Assembly (NCBI RefSeq): GCF_009834535.1
Contig: NC_045696.1
Location: 80,540,001 to 80,604,000 of the forward strand
Source of the DNA: Camelus ferus
Lineage: Eukaryota
Reading direction: 5' to 3'
Length of the DNA stretch: 64,000 bases
The translations under genes and the position numbers were made by a program. The notes under the pieces are model-generated. The model did not search any database. It was not told the origin of the DNA and saw only the letters and a list, made by a program, of their open reading frames with translations. Position 1 is the first letter of the stretch; every line of letters starts with the position of its first letter. Below, piece by piece: positions 1-12,362 of the stretch.

Positions 1-2269
1 TAATACAACCAGCTTTAAAATCCTGAGATGTTAGAGATGTTCTTTGCCTTAAGAAAATAAGGCAAGAACTACATCACTCAAAATGTGAATGCTTGACCCA
101 CAGAATAAGAACTAGTCTTGATCATTAAGAATAAACTAACCATACATGCAATATAATGTATATGTGCAGTCAAACTGTAATAATTCTACCTAATAAAACT
201 GAAAAAGGAAAAAAACAAACAAAAAAATAAATTCACTAAATTAATCTCAGGTCTTGATTTCTAACTTATGGGATAACAAGCCACGCTTTTTCTGTATTTT
301 AACATTTTGTGACTATTTCATGCTTACACTCAGGCAATTTAAGTATAAACGTTTGGTTATACTACCCGTAAAGCCTGTTCTTCCTCCACTGAAGGAGACA
401 AGCTCAGTTCCAGCGGTGCAGAAGCACTCGTTTTGTCCGCACGGCTTGGGCTCTGGTACAGCAGACACAGGAAACTGATGCTGCCGAGTCTAGCGTTAAG
501 GCACAGTGAACTGATGTTAAAAGATCCAACCCCGGATAACCAAGATAATCCAATCCTAGACAACTGGTAAAGACTTGGCACTTCAAGAAAAGAACAAGCA
601 GAGCTTAATTTGACATTTACATGAGATAAATAGTGTGTATATCCACTTTAATGAGAACTGCAGAACAAAACAGGTAAAATTCATCTAGTCAGCCCACTAA
701 CAGAGAATAACACTTTCACTCAAAAATACCCTAAGAATAATGCTTCTATTTATCTCTTCGAATTTCCACTCCTATTCCTGAAGACTTCTCTTGATGCTTC
801 GCCTCCTTATCAGTTTAAAACAGAAATTATAATTTGCTAATAATTGGAAGCTTTTTAAATTAAGTGAAAATATAAAAATTCCTATAGCCAGAAAGACACC
901 ACAAAACTGATGTTAATTCTGGCTCTGTTATACTGCAATATATAAAGTGTCCATAAAGGTCAGCAGGTCGTGGCTATCTCCTAAACATCTCAATTCCGTT
1001 CCCACTTCCACACCCCACCACCACTGCCCTAACACAGGCTCTCTTCCCCTCCTTCCTGCCCCTCCCCACCACCTATCTCACCACCTCCCTCACCCCTTCA
1101 GTTGTACTATGGATGAAGAAAGAGAAGAATTACTATCCCAACTCCATATAATTCAGTAACCAAATTCATTTACAATTTATAAGGTAATTTATCTATTCCT
1201 GGGTCTGAAACAGAATTTATTGAGTTTACTGCGACAGATAAATGCTATAATTTTAAACTGCATGATAACAACAAAATATTAATGAGTAATCTAAATTATT
1301 TCCTAATAATACAAAAAAGATAAAGTTAGTCTATCCTTCACTAGAAAATAGCCTTAAAAATGTTTTTCCAAGGTGTTCCTAGCCTACTCCTCACAAAGGA
1401 AAAATGTTACCAAGAAAATGAATATAATGATCATGCCCTCATGCTTTTTGCAGGGAAGAGGAGCTGACCTACTTATGGACGTCTTCAGAATTACTGTGTG
1501 CTTTTGAAAACACCGTCATACCAGCATTTACTCTCTTAACTTGAGGAACTGAGAGTAAAAATAACCAAATTTAACTACTTAAGTATAATAACAATAAGAC
1601 AAAAGAACCTCTGTGAATTAACAAGAGACTTTTCCCAACATTTTGAAATGGATTTTTTTTAGCAGTACAGTAGGAAATGACTTTCCTTTTTTCTGAACAC
1701 CTAAGAGGTGCTGGATCGGGACCAGGATACAAGGATCACTAAGATTTGACCCCTACCCTTGAAGAACCCCTTACAGTTTTCTTTAAAGACACTTCTACCA
1801 TGAAATTTTCCACTTCAAAATTTAAATGTAAAAACAAAGGTAAAAAATACATGAAGAATAATAAAGCAAGAACTAAAAGACTACAAACTATGAAATAAAA
1901 TGTGGCAGACAACTGAGGTAGTATGACAGTCAGCGCTTCGGAATTATCTAGCATACAAAGGTCTCTGATATTTAAGGAACTCCAAGCAATAGTACCCTCA
2001 GAAATGACATTTTAATCATTGTCAAACAAGCCTGCAAGACAAAAGGGCACAGAAGCTAAACTCCCACTGCATAATTTTTAAATGTATTATTTTGAAGCAT
2101 TATGACTAAAATGTGAAGACAACTAAAAACTCCTAACCAATACCTCAAGTTCACATAGGCTTTCCCAAAATGCTTTAAAATGACAGGTAACAAAAATAAT
2201 AGGTGATTCAATGTCTAGCTGTAATGAAGACTGGAGGCCTAACAGTCCTATTTACTGGGCCCTTACACT

Positions 2270-2490
2270 GACTCAGAAACTGTTTTGAGTGCTTTCTACA
2301 GTATGTCATTTAATCCCCATAGCAATCCCTTAAGACATATTATTATTATTCCAATTCTATAGATGAGGAAACTGAGGTGTAGAGAAGTAGCTGATTTTAT
2401 GATACACAACTAGCATGCAGGGGATTTCTAAGCCAGGCAATCCCAGTCCAAAACCCATAATGATCTTACCAATAGGCCTTACTGCCCCTT
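2270..2490 (-). mobile_element. MIR SINE
   Basis: MIR core in reverse orientation: catttaatcc...tctatagatgaggaaactgagg. Confidence 0.8.
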
Positions 2491-3004
2491 CAGTACTGTC
2501 GAACAGCAGGACACATTAAAGATTAAAAGAAGTATGGAATTTATTTAAAATGTAAGTGGCAAGACCTAAAGGCGGGAAGGTGTACCCATAGGAACTGTTT
2601 TGCAGGCCTGTCTGAATATGGCCTCTCGGACATGCTGTGAGAGTTAACTGCTATTATCCAAAAGAAAAGCAACAAGTGAAGCTTCAGCTACAACAAAACT
2701 TACTTTAAACGCATGACGCCGTGGAACCTTTGTTTTATCCACAATCTTGTATCTGAATGATATATGTATACATCCCCATAAACCTTCATCTGAAATGTCT
2801 GAACTGCTGCTATCACCATCAACCTCATGAAAGCAAGCCTATTATAAGTAGGCAATGAAATGGGGGCTAGAACTTCAACTGATTTCCACCAGTTAGATAA
2901 TCAAGTTATTGCCCACAACTGATCATGACATCTCTCTATAAAACATAATCAGCAAACCTGTGTATATTACACGGCTGGATGAGGATGACGAGGATGATGA
3001 TGGT

Positions 3005-3150
3005 ACTTAGAAGGGATTATCTCACAACCTTATTGGACAGGTGTTATCACTGTCCCCATTTTAAGAGAGGAAGCTGAGGCTAAGAATTTAACCATTCACC
3101 AGCTAGCAAATGTCCAGGGATTCACACTACACAGTGTTTACTCTTAAAAC
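3005..3150 (-). mobile_element. MIR SINE fragment
   Basis: ctcacaacct...ccccattttaagagaggaagctgaggct. Confidence 0.65.
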
Positions 3151-6100
3151 ATAATCTTTATAACTTCCAAGAATTAAAATCACTCAAACTTTACTTGGAG
3201 GAAAAGGCCAAAGAAAGTCTGACAATTTAATTTTGGGTAAAAAGTTTTTGTCTTAATTATGTAAATGCAAGAATAGCCAAAAACAATCAAGATAACTAGG
3301 AATGGCAGAAAGCAGCAGACACACTGGCTGTGTCCCTCGAGAGGGGACTGTACACCTCCTGGGAAGCAGCATAGTTTGGCTCTGAGGTAATCCAGTCTCA
3401 TGACATTACTCAGTCCCAGCACAATGACAGCCACCGTCACCAACTTTCCTCCCACCCCTTCCATAAGCTGGACTTCCTGCTCTGGGCCCATCAGTACTTA
3501 CCGGCCCTTATGGAGCCCACCCTGCTGGTCAACTTCCCCTTACTAGGCAGCAAGCTATTGTTTGAAAAGGGGCCTATCAGGTCAGCATACAGAATACCTG
3601 TTTGCACAAATGGCTGTGCATGTCCATGTATGCAAGTAAAGGCAAATCATCATGCTCAATAAATAAGACTCCCAAACATTTCAGAGATAGGTATGCTCCA
3701 AATGGTAAGTGATTTTTCATCAACATTTCACCAATATTACACACACACACACACAGGCAAAGACTGATCTGTCTTGAAGCTAACATTCAAGTTATAAGAG
3801 CTGGCAAGTTGGTGGAGTAGTTCAGATTTTCCTAGAAACTCAGATTCTCTCAGCCTAGAGCCTCACTGGAGGATTATGTACTGACTCTCACCAAATACAG
3901 CTTCAGATCAGTCAGAAAGATGAGTAGGACACTGGGGCTAGCCTGGGCAAAAGACCTGGTATTTTCAATTCTAAAAGATTTTTTCAAGTGAGGTCTAACT
4001 GATCACAGTAACATTTCAGATTAGTGATCCCTCACAAACACCCCCAAATGCGAAAGAAACGGACTTTCAAGGTAGTTTCTTATGTAGAAAAAGCAGCTCT
4101 CAAAATACTAATCTCATAATAGAAGAAATTATTTCCCTTTACAAACATTCCATAAGTAATTAAATACAGTCAAATAATAATCAATTACATGTTTGATGTA
4201 ATGAAAGTTTGCAAAGAGTCTAAATGATTTAAAGGCAGTCACACTACACTAATTTCACTTTCAAACCACCAAAATAGTTTTGCTGAAAAAGCTGGTTGCA
4301 AATTTAAGCCAAAGCAAGGGTTCAAACAACCCTGGAAGACAGACTTCATTTGCAACAGGCCCTCTTCCTTGGTTTTAAGCCAGTAAAACAGGACTTTCTC
4401 ATTTATATGCAGAGTCTGCTTTAAAGGCATAGACCATACAGAAGCTTTGCTTGTGAAACAGTGTCCCCCAGCTTGTAAACCCTAACTATGACATCACTCA
4501 TGTCATTTCCCAATAAACAACAGTAACAGACAATGAGAGTTCCCTAGGACCCATCATAAAATTCTTAGAAAGAATGACAGGTTGGTGTTTTAATGTGCCA
4601 AACAAGCCTAATAAATGGACATAAAGTACCAAACGAGAAAAACAAAAAAGTAACATCGAGGTCCCTGTGGCAGTCTGGATTCTGAATGTGGAGGGGCGGG
4701 AGTGGGAGACAAACGAGGAGATTCAGAAATGCGGAAGTGTTCTCAATGGTGTCATTCACAGGGCCCATGAGCAGGGCGTGCAGTTCATCAATGACACGGT
4801 TCCCACACTCACTGGGGCAGGCGGAGAGTCAGACACAGAGCTGAAGAGGGGCAAGGAGAGCAGGCAGGACAGGGAACAAGTTTCACATCCTAAAGCCATC
4901 CAAATGATAGCCACCTCAGGGCAGGGCTCTCCTCAAGCTTCTTCCCTCCTGCCACACATTCTGCTGTTACTTCAGGCTCTCTTATCTATTTAACACAAGT
5001 CAGCCAAGTAAATCATTTCTGTAAAGATGGCTGGATTTTTATGGACAAAAAAACATTAGCAATTACATACCTTTAAATATTATTCTTTATTAGAATAATG
5101 GTGCTTCCTAAGCTTTTTACTTTAATCTGTTTTTTGCTATGCCACCATGACCATCACCTGTTTTCTTCAGGCTCACGATCTGAGAGGTAAGTCTTGAAAT
5201 ACATAAAAATTGCAGCATTAATACAGGTCAATATGAAAGTTCTTTAGACTTACACATTTTTTAAAGGAAACTGATAAGCTTCAATTATAATGTGATTTGA
5301 AATTTGAAAGTTCTTCTATAGAGACTTTAAAGACCAGTAAAAGCACTTAACTAAGCATCTTTAAGCTCCCAGCATAAGAGTAAAAGTTAAAAGAACAATC
5401 ATCACATCTGATGTAATGCCAGAGCTAGTCAAGGGTCCAGTCAGTAATCACTGTCAGGCTGCGTGGCTGGCGGGTAGGGTAGAGGATATACTGTTTCCTG
5501 TCACAACTGAATTCCATCTAATTCAAGGGCTAAGGAAAGGTTTGCACATATAACCAGATGGTAACACGCAGTGCTACCTCTACCTGCTCCTCCAGGAACA
5601 GAGAAAGGTCAGAACGGACGGGAGTGATCCTCCCGAAGGAGACAGACCAGGCACTTAAAGGAAGTGTGGTATTTGTTTTGGCTGAGGGTTTTACAGGGAG
5701 CAGAGAAACAGCCCAGATAAAAAGATGGCATGTGTGGACAGGAAGGAAGGCTGCACTGCCAGCACCTCAGCCCAGACAAGGATATGAAGATAATGGGAGA
5801 GGCCTGCAGCTGCCCTCTATTAATTCCTGAACTTAAGCAAAGGAAAGAATTCATATTGATTGCTAAGATTCTTTTTTCCCTAACAATTAGCTCTTTATAC
5901 ACTTTCATCTGGCCTAGGAAAGAAAAATCTTCTGTCCAGAATGCCATAGGTATAGTGCTGCTTCCAAGTGAGCATAAACCATGACCTTCTGTGGCCCCTT
6001 CCAGACCTATGATTCATGTTTCATGGAAAATATTGAGAAATATTCCATTAGAAATGAATCTGCTTTCACAGCATATTGTATGTTTCCTGTGTTTTTCTTC

Positions 6101-7079
6101 CTTCATTATCACCAAGGACATTCCCATGAAAACAAAATCTTTTTTTTTCCCCCCAGAGTAACCATATTCTTTACATTGATTTGCTTTGGATTTCCAAACT
6201 GCCTTTTCATGGCATCACAATGAGCCTCTGGAGTCTTTCTAGTGATGTCATAAATGTCCTACAGAGAAAATAATTAAGCTCACAAATTCAACTACAAGCA
6301 AAGGGGGTTGACCTCATATGGTGTAATTTCAAAGTTTCTAGGAAGGCCCGAAACCAACTCCACTCCCTACCTCGAATCTTCCACCACAGCAATCCCTAAC
6401 CTGCTGGCTAGTGTTGAAACAGCAAAGCTATTACGCTGACAGTTTCAACCATGGCATAAGCAATGGGTATTACTTCAAAATTTCCAGGAAGGCCACCACC
6501 ACCAACTGCCACCCATCCCCTGCAAAAAAAAAAAAAAAAAAAAAAAAAAAACCACCTCCCTATCTGCTGGCTGGTGTAGAAAGAGCCTAACTACAGCTTC
6601 ATTCTCGTAACTTTAATCCCTAGTAAAATGCAAATAACTTCTTTCAGAAATCTTTATGACTCAATTTCAGATCCTTGCCTAAGCAGTCCTCTCCCATTGG
6701 ACCCCTCCTCTTCCAGCATCTGAAGCCAGAAGCCCCACCTCGAACAGAAGCTCAGCTCAGCCCACCCCAATTTTGGGCTCAGTCCCGGCTTTGGGCAGAA
6801 ATAATTTCAGGAGTTCTAAATCAATACTCCCTGTATCAAACAAACTATCTTGCTCTCACTTCTCTTAACGGAGTCCCTATCTTATTCCAAAGACCCAGTC
6901 TCCACCACCCACTTTTGCTCTGCAAACCATCTCTATCTCATCCTGCCTTCCTGAGTATTCATCCTAGTATCATTTCAGGGATCCTGTTACGCCAGGAATA
7001 GGAACCCACTTTGCTCTTGTCATGTGCCCAAGAGAGTGGTGTCGACTTGAGTTCATGATTCCCTGATGTAAAGCCACAG

Positions 7080-7260
7080 AGCACAGGCAATAAAGAGCTC
7101 ATGCACTGGAGTCAGAGACACCAGGGATGTAAACTAGATCCTGCTTTTCTCACTGTGACTTTAGGTGCATGAATTAACCTCTATGGGCCTCAGTTTTTGC
7201 AAATGTATCTATTACACCTATTCAATGAGAGAATACACAGCCTAGGAGTTGAATATCAGC
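7080..7260 (+). mobile_element. MIR SINE fragment
   Basis: ctggagtcaga...ctgtgactttagg...ttaacctctatgggcctcagttt. Confidence 0.7.
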
Positions 7261-7913
7261 AATAACAGGGATGTTAATCAAGTGAAAGGATAACAACTTG
7301 TGTTGGAATTTACAAATATATTCCCTTCACATTCTACGTTGGTATGCTCTACCCATCCTGAATGAAGCATTCACTAACTCATACTAGAATGCAAACGAAG
7401 GCGGGGACAAGGGTACCCAGGCTGAGTGACCAACTGTTATACATGAGTTGCCGTCAGTGGGTCTGCTATACACTGAGTGGCCTGTTACACACTGAGTGGC
7501 TACCCATGGGTTCCTTCCAGTTCCTGCAGTTGACCCTGTCATCCAGTGCTTCCCAAGCCCTAGCAGACCACTTGTGGTTCCAGGTCCTAGTCCCTCTCAT
7601 CCTGTCCAGTATTATTTCAATTAGTTGGGCCAGGTACCATCATGACCCAAAAGAACATAACAACAGTACCTAGGTGTTCAAAAGAGAACAAATAGGAAGG
7701 CTGGGGAAGTCAAAGATAAATGGCTCCACAATTCTTCTTTAGTCAGTATCATTTTTTTTAAATCACTGAAAGGGATGTTAGTTTCACTTATCTCCAAGTA
7801 CCATCATGAATAAATACAAAACTCCTATTGTGAACAGAGCAATATACTTGCAACATTCCCTGCAGAATATACCAGTTAGACTCAAAAAAATAAGTGAGAA
7901 AGAGGCTCTTTCA

Positions 7914-7915
<2 letters not shown>

Positions 7916-7949
<34 letters not shown>
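7916..7949 (+). repeat. (AC)17 microsatellite
   Basis: Read directly from the sequence. Confidence 0.97.
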
Positions 7950-7951
<2 letters not shown>

Positions 7952-8964
7952 CTTAGACACCAAAAGTAAAAGCAGCTGGTACCAAAGAGTGGATTTTATA
8001 TAAGATGATCCATCCAGCAATTTGCTTTTATAGATTCTATTATACATATTCAGTTGTAGGGGGAGACAGTCTACTTGCCAATTCATGGGACTCCAAAGTT
8101 ACCATGACCAGAAACTCAGCTATTCTCTTACTGAACTAGAAACACCACCTTCATTCTGTGTAGGTAAAATGACTTTTCATCTAGTGTTTTTTATTTTTAA
8201 GATATAGAGTGGATTTTGAGATTTTATTTGTTGTTAATATCTGTTTATTATAATACCACAAGTAGGTGTAAGATTCTGTATCCCATACTATTTTAAAATA
8301 TTTATTTCCTCTCTTCTTTTACCTGAAGTTTCTTTGTCTGATTCATTAACAAAGACTAGGTTTGAATTTTAAATGTTTTAGAACACCAAAGATCAATTTC
8401 AGGGACACAATGATGAGAGAAATGCAATCACTAAAACCATTAATGAAATGGTTAAATCATTTCAGATTAACTGCAATTAAAACTCATTAGAATTCTAGCC
8501 TAATGAGTTTTATTTTTCTTCCTAAATTCTTGTTCTTATGGTTACAAAAATAAGTAATAAAACTATACAGCAGCACACTCTGCTATTATGCAAAGCAATA
8601 GAAAAATCAACTTTTTCTGTGTAGCTCATTATGGAAAACTAAAACTAAAGGGCATTTCCTTTCATTTTGTTTATATATTAGTGAGCAAACCCAAGTATTA
8701 AAAACAAGACCTCTGGTCAGATTCCAGTCCAATCAATAACCTAGTATTAAACTCAATTACAGGCCAATTTACCATTTGCCCCATAATCCCAATCACTGCC
8801 AAAAAGAGCTGTTACAAACAATACCCTCCAACATGGCAGTATTTACAGACTAATTCCAGATCTGGATTGCTCTTCCTACACAGAACTCCACATGGATCAG
8901 AGTACCTAAGCCTCTTTCTTTCCAAAGTGAACAACAGAGAAGAAGCACTGGTATTACACAAACT

Positions 8965-9610
8965 GAAAATTCACTGAAATGCCCTCGGAGCCGTAGTTAA
9001 AGAACTACACCCAAAGAGCCTCGCCTGGAGCTTACTTAGATGACAAAATTCCAGACTCTGAGCTGATGCCATAATGCGATAAGACTTCTGCAGTTCTTGG
9101 GAGGGGGTATCGTGCATATGAGAGAGACATGAACTACTGAGGGCAGAGGATGGACTGTGGTGGGCAGCCTTCTGAAAGGGCCTCCAATGAGTCCTGTCTG
9201 CTGGCATTCCCACCCTGTGTAATCCCCTTTCTGGAGCAGGCTGGACATAGTACTCCCTCTTGCCCTTCAGTTGGTGCTCCAATGAAGCCAGCTGCCATAA
9301 TGGAAGTGCCCCCATGGAGAAGCCACTTAGTAAGGAACTGAGGGAAGCCTCCTGCCAACAGCCGGCAAAAAGCCAAATCCTGCCAACAACTACTTGAGCA
9401 AGACTAGAAACACACTGAGCCTCAAACATGCCTTACAGTGACTACAGCTCTAGTCCACACCTGGAATTTTGCACTTTGAGAGACCCAGAGTCATAGGACA
9501 CAGGTAAGCTGTGACTAAATTCTCGGCCCAAAGAAAGTATAGACAAACATGGCTTTAAATCATCAAATTTGAGGAATTTGTTACTCAATAATAAATGATA
9601 CTTAAATACA
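8965..9610 (+). mobile_element. MaLR MLT1 (E/F-like) LTR at about 9156-9610, with the adjoining 3' end of the MLT1 internal region at about 8965-9155
   Basis: The LTR starts tgtggtgggcagcc...ccaatga, contains aaggaactgagg...gcctc..gccaacagcc and ends ...atttgttac...aataca. It is preceded by the MLT1-int-like gagacatgaa...gggcagaggatggac. Confidence 0.75.
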
Positions 9611-10018
9611 GATTTTTTCCCTCTAAAAGCATCATTTGGATAGCATCACAATATATATTTTAAACTTTTATCTATATTTGAAAAAGTACTTGCTGTTCTC
9701 AATGGGAATTTTAAGCTCTTTTAAAATCTCTGCATTTTTTAGGGCTACCAATTTTCATAATATATGAAGACAGTGCAGGCTTTCCTAAGTTAATTTAATT
9801 TGAAAGTCAGTAGAATACTCAAGGTGTTTAACTTTGTCACTTATATATCACAGGCCTACCTCAGCATTAAGGAGCCCCTAATGAAAGTGAAAAAAAAATC
9901 CAAGATAAAATTTACCTCTAGAAAATCACATAAAGACTCAGAGATAAACTTTACTGCCATAAAATAATAAATAAAGGAAAACTCCTTTGCTTAGAAAGCT
10001 TGCAAAAAACTTCCTTAC

Positions 10019-10094
10019 CTTGAATGCACTGAAGTGTTCCATCCTCCGCTCTTATTGTAAAAGTCTCACCTGGATTAACTTGAACAAGAATAAC
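10019..10094 (-). CDS. FNDC3B: FNDC3B exon 3 (76 nt): VILVQVNPGETFTIRAEDGTLQCIQ-G
   Basis: Read by hand; it is absent from the ORF track. Acceptor ttattttggcAG|GTT, donor CAAG|GTAAGG. It continues exon 2 in frame and matches the recalled FNDC3B sequence. Confidence 0.96.
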
Positions 10095-12348
10095 CTGCCA
10101 AAATAACACATTAATTTCAATTTAATACTAGAACATCTGGGATTTCTCTTCAACAGTTTCACTGCCTAAATTTATGTACTAGACAAGAAGTATGTGGCAC
10201 AGAATCTTGTATAAACACAAAACTTAGGATATGTCTTTAGACCTGGTTCAAATTTGACTAGGTTAAAGCACATGCATTTCAATTTAGCTAAACTTATTTC
10301 TCCTGTGTTGCTTGTGTTAACTTAAAAAAAAAAACAAAAAACCCTCAATTTTAAGATATTTTCTTTCACTAATTTAGAAGCAATAGTTAAAAGAAGAAAA
10401 AAGACCAAAAACTATACTTATAAAGGAAAACTGCAAAGAGAAATGAGGTTCTGAACTAACACTGCTACAAATCATTCACAGGTGTCTATCACTGACTTGA
10501 CTTATATGATTTCATTGCATAATAGTAGAAAGCAATTTATAAGAAAAATGTATGGAAAAAAAGCATCTGTGAACAGCACCTGGAAACAGTAACGAACAGC
10601 ATAAAATAAATGAATAATATTACAAAAAGGTCCCATCAAACAAATTTTTAAACCTATTACCTAAATGTCAGTGTTTTAGTCATACAACATAGACATTTAG
10701 TTTTCAGAAGATAACTTCCAAATAACTAGACCATACACGGCTATGGTAAAGTATGTTCTTTCAAGAGCCTCAGAGTTTTAGTTTTAATCTCATTTAGCTG
10801 AATGCGACACTGACAGCCTTCCAGTTTCTAGAAATATATAGTCATTATTCTAATAGTGTTAATCTTGCACAAGACGATTTTTAACTACAGTTTTTAAGCT
10901 TGGATTATCTTCTTTAATTTATATTTGGATATAAATTAGTGATTTTTCCTTTTGTTATCTAAAGGAACTAAATGAAAGAACTAAGGAGGAAGGAACTAAA
11001 TTTACAACTGCAATTAGTTAAGGGATTTCTTTAGTGTCAGTCTTTCCTTTAATCTAGGCTCTATACGGGCAAGATCAGACACAGAATAAGTGCTGGAGAA
11101 TTATTTTTTACTGAATGAATGAAAGTCGTAAAACATAAGAAAAACCACTGCAAACAATCATTTTAACTCCAAAATTAAGCTTTCGTAATATACAATTTTA
11201 AAAATCAACTTTATGGATGGACCACAATTTATCTGTTTTTTAAAAAACTATTATTGAGGTCAAAATCATTTCATCTTTAAAAACTAAACCTTTAATATCC
11301 ATGTATTTGGTTTCTTCTAATAATTCACCACAGGAGACACTGCTGGGATATTAAAATTTTTTTAATCTGGAAATACATTAACTGGAGAAGCAGAAGCATT
11401 CAGGGAAAAGCAGTATAGGCTTCATCCCTGGTGCTTCTTGTTATCTTGAATCGTTAAGTTATTTCAAGGCAGTTTGTTTTTCCTGTACAGTAACTGTGTC
11501 CATAATATTTCAGTCTTAAATATTCAAATTCTCACCAATGTAAACACACTGGGCCATTTTAAGAACTCAAAAGGAAATCCCTTCAGATCTCCACGGAGTG
11601 ATTAAGACATTTCGATTGCTTTCTGGAAACCAACTTTTTAAAAGTCATTCTTAACATGAAAATAGTTTTGATTTAACTTTATTTTTACATGCACACAGAA
11701 CATTACTCAACTACAACGGAATAAAACAATACTCCAATAAAGAAATTTACCTATGTCTTTTTAAAAGTCCTTACATCAATTCTAGCATCACTGCAATGAG
11801 CAGAGATCGACTGCTTTGTGTTTAAACCTCTAGGGACAGGCCTGTAATACATGCCTGTAGAATTAATTAGTTCGGAAAAAAAAAAAATCAGCGGACATCA
11901 AGAGTACACCTCAAACATCCTATGACAATCCCAAATTCACGTACTCTCTTCTGCCACACTCGTTAACTGTCAGACAGCATGTCTTAAATGCTGAGTCTGA
12001 AAGTACAATTCCCCAGAATTATGGGAAGTCCCAGGCAAGAAAAGGGTCCGAAGTGGAGTATGTTCCAGCTTCTGTCACATTATCTGCTTATCATATTGCA
12101 TGAAAAGCGTCTGTAATGGTTCCTGTGTGGTCACTGACACCAGGCCACAATTCAAAGAATGGCCCGGAGGCATCCAGCCTCCAAAAGCCATTTATGCCTC
12201 TTCCCTCCCTCTGCTCCCCTCTCTGCTTGCCCATTCCTGACCCCCACCGCTTCTTCAGCGAGAAAGATGATAGGTAAAGGGCTTGTACGCATTCTATTAA
12301 AATACCTCTCTTCAAATGTTTAGTTCCTGTAATTTTCCCTGCTGCTGT

Positions 12349-12362
12349 GTTGCTATGGCAAC
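12349..12362. promoter_or_regulatory. RFX X-box motif GTTGCTATGGCAAC
   Basis: Near-perfect palindromic match to the RFX consensus GTTGCCATGGCAAC. Binding is not demonstrated. Confidence 0.55.

Noticed and set aside
8971..9429. Longest ORF in the track (152 aa, minus strand)
   Set aside because: It lies antisense within the MLT1 LTR/internal remnant and resembles no protein I recognise.
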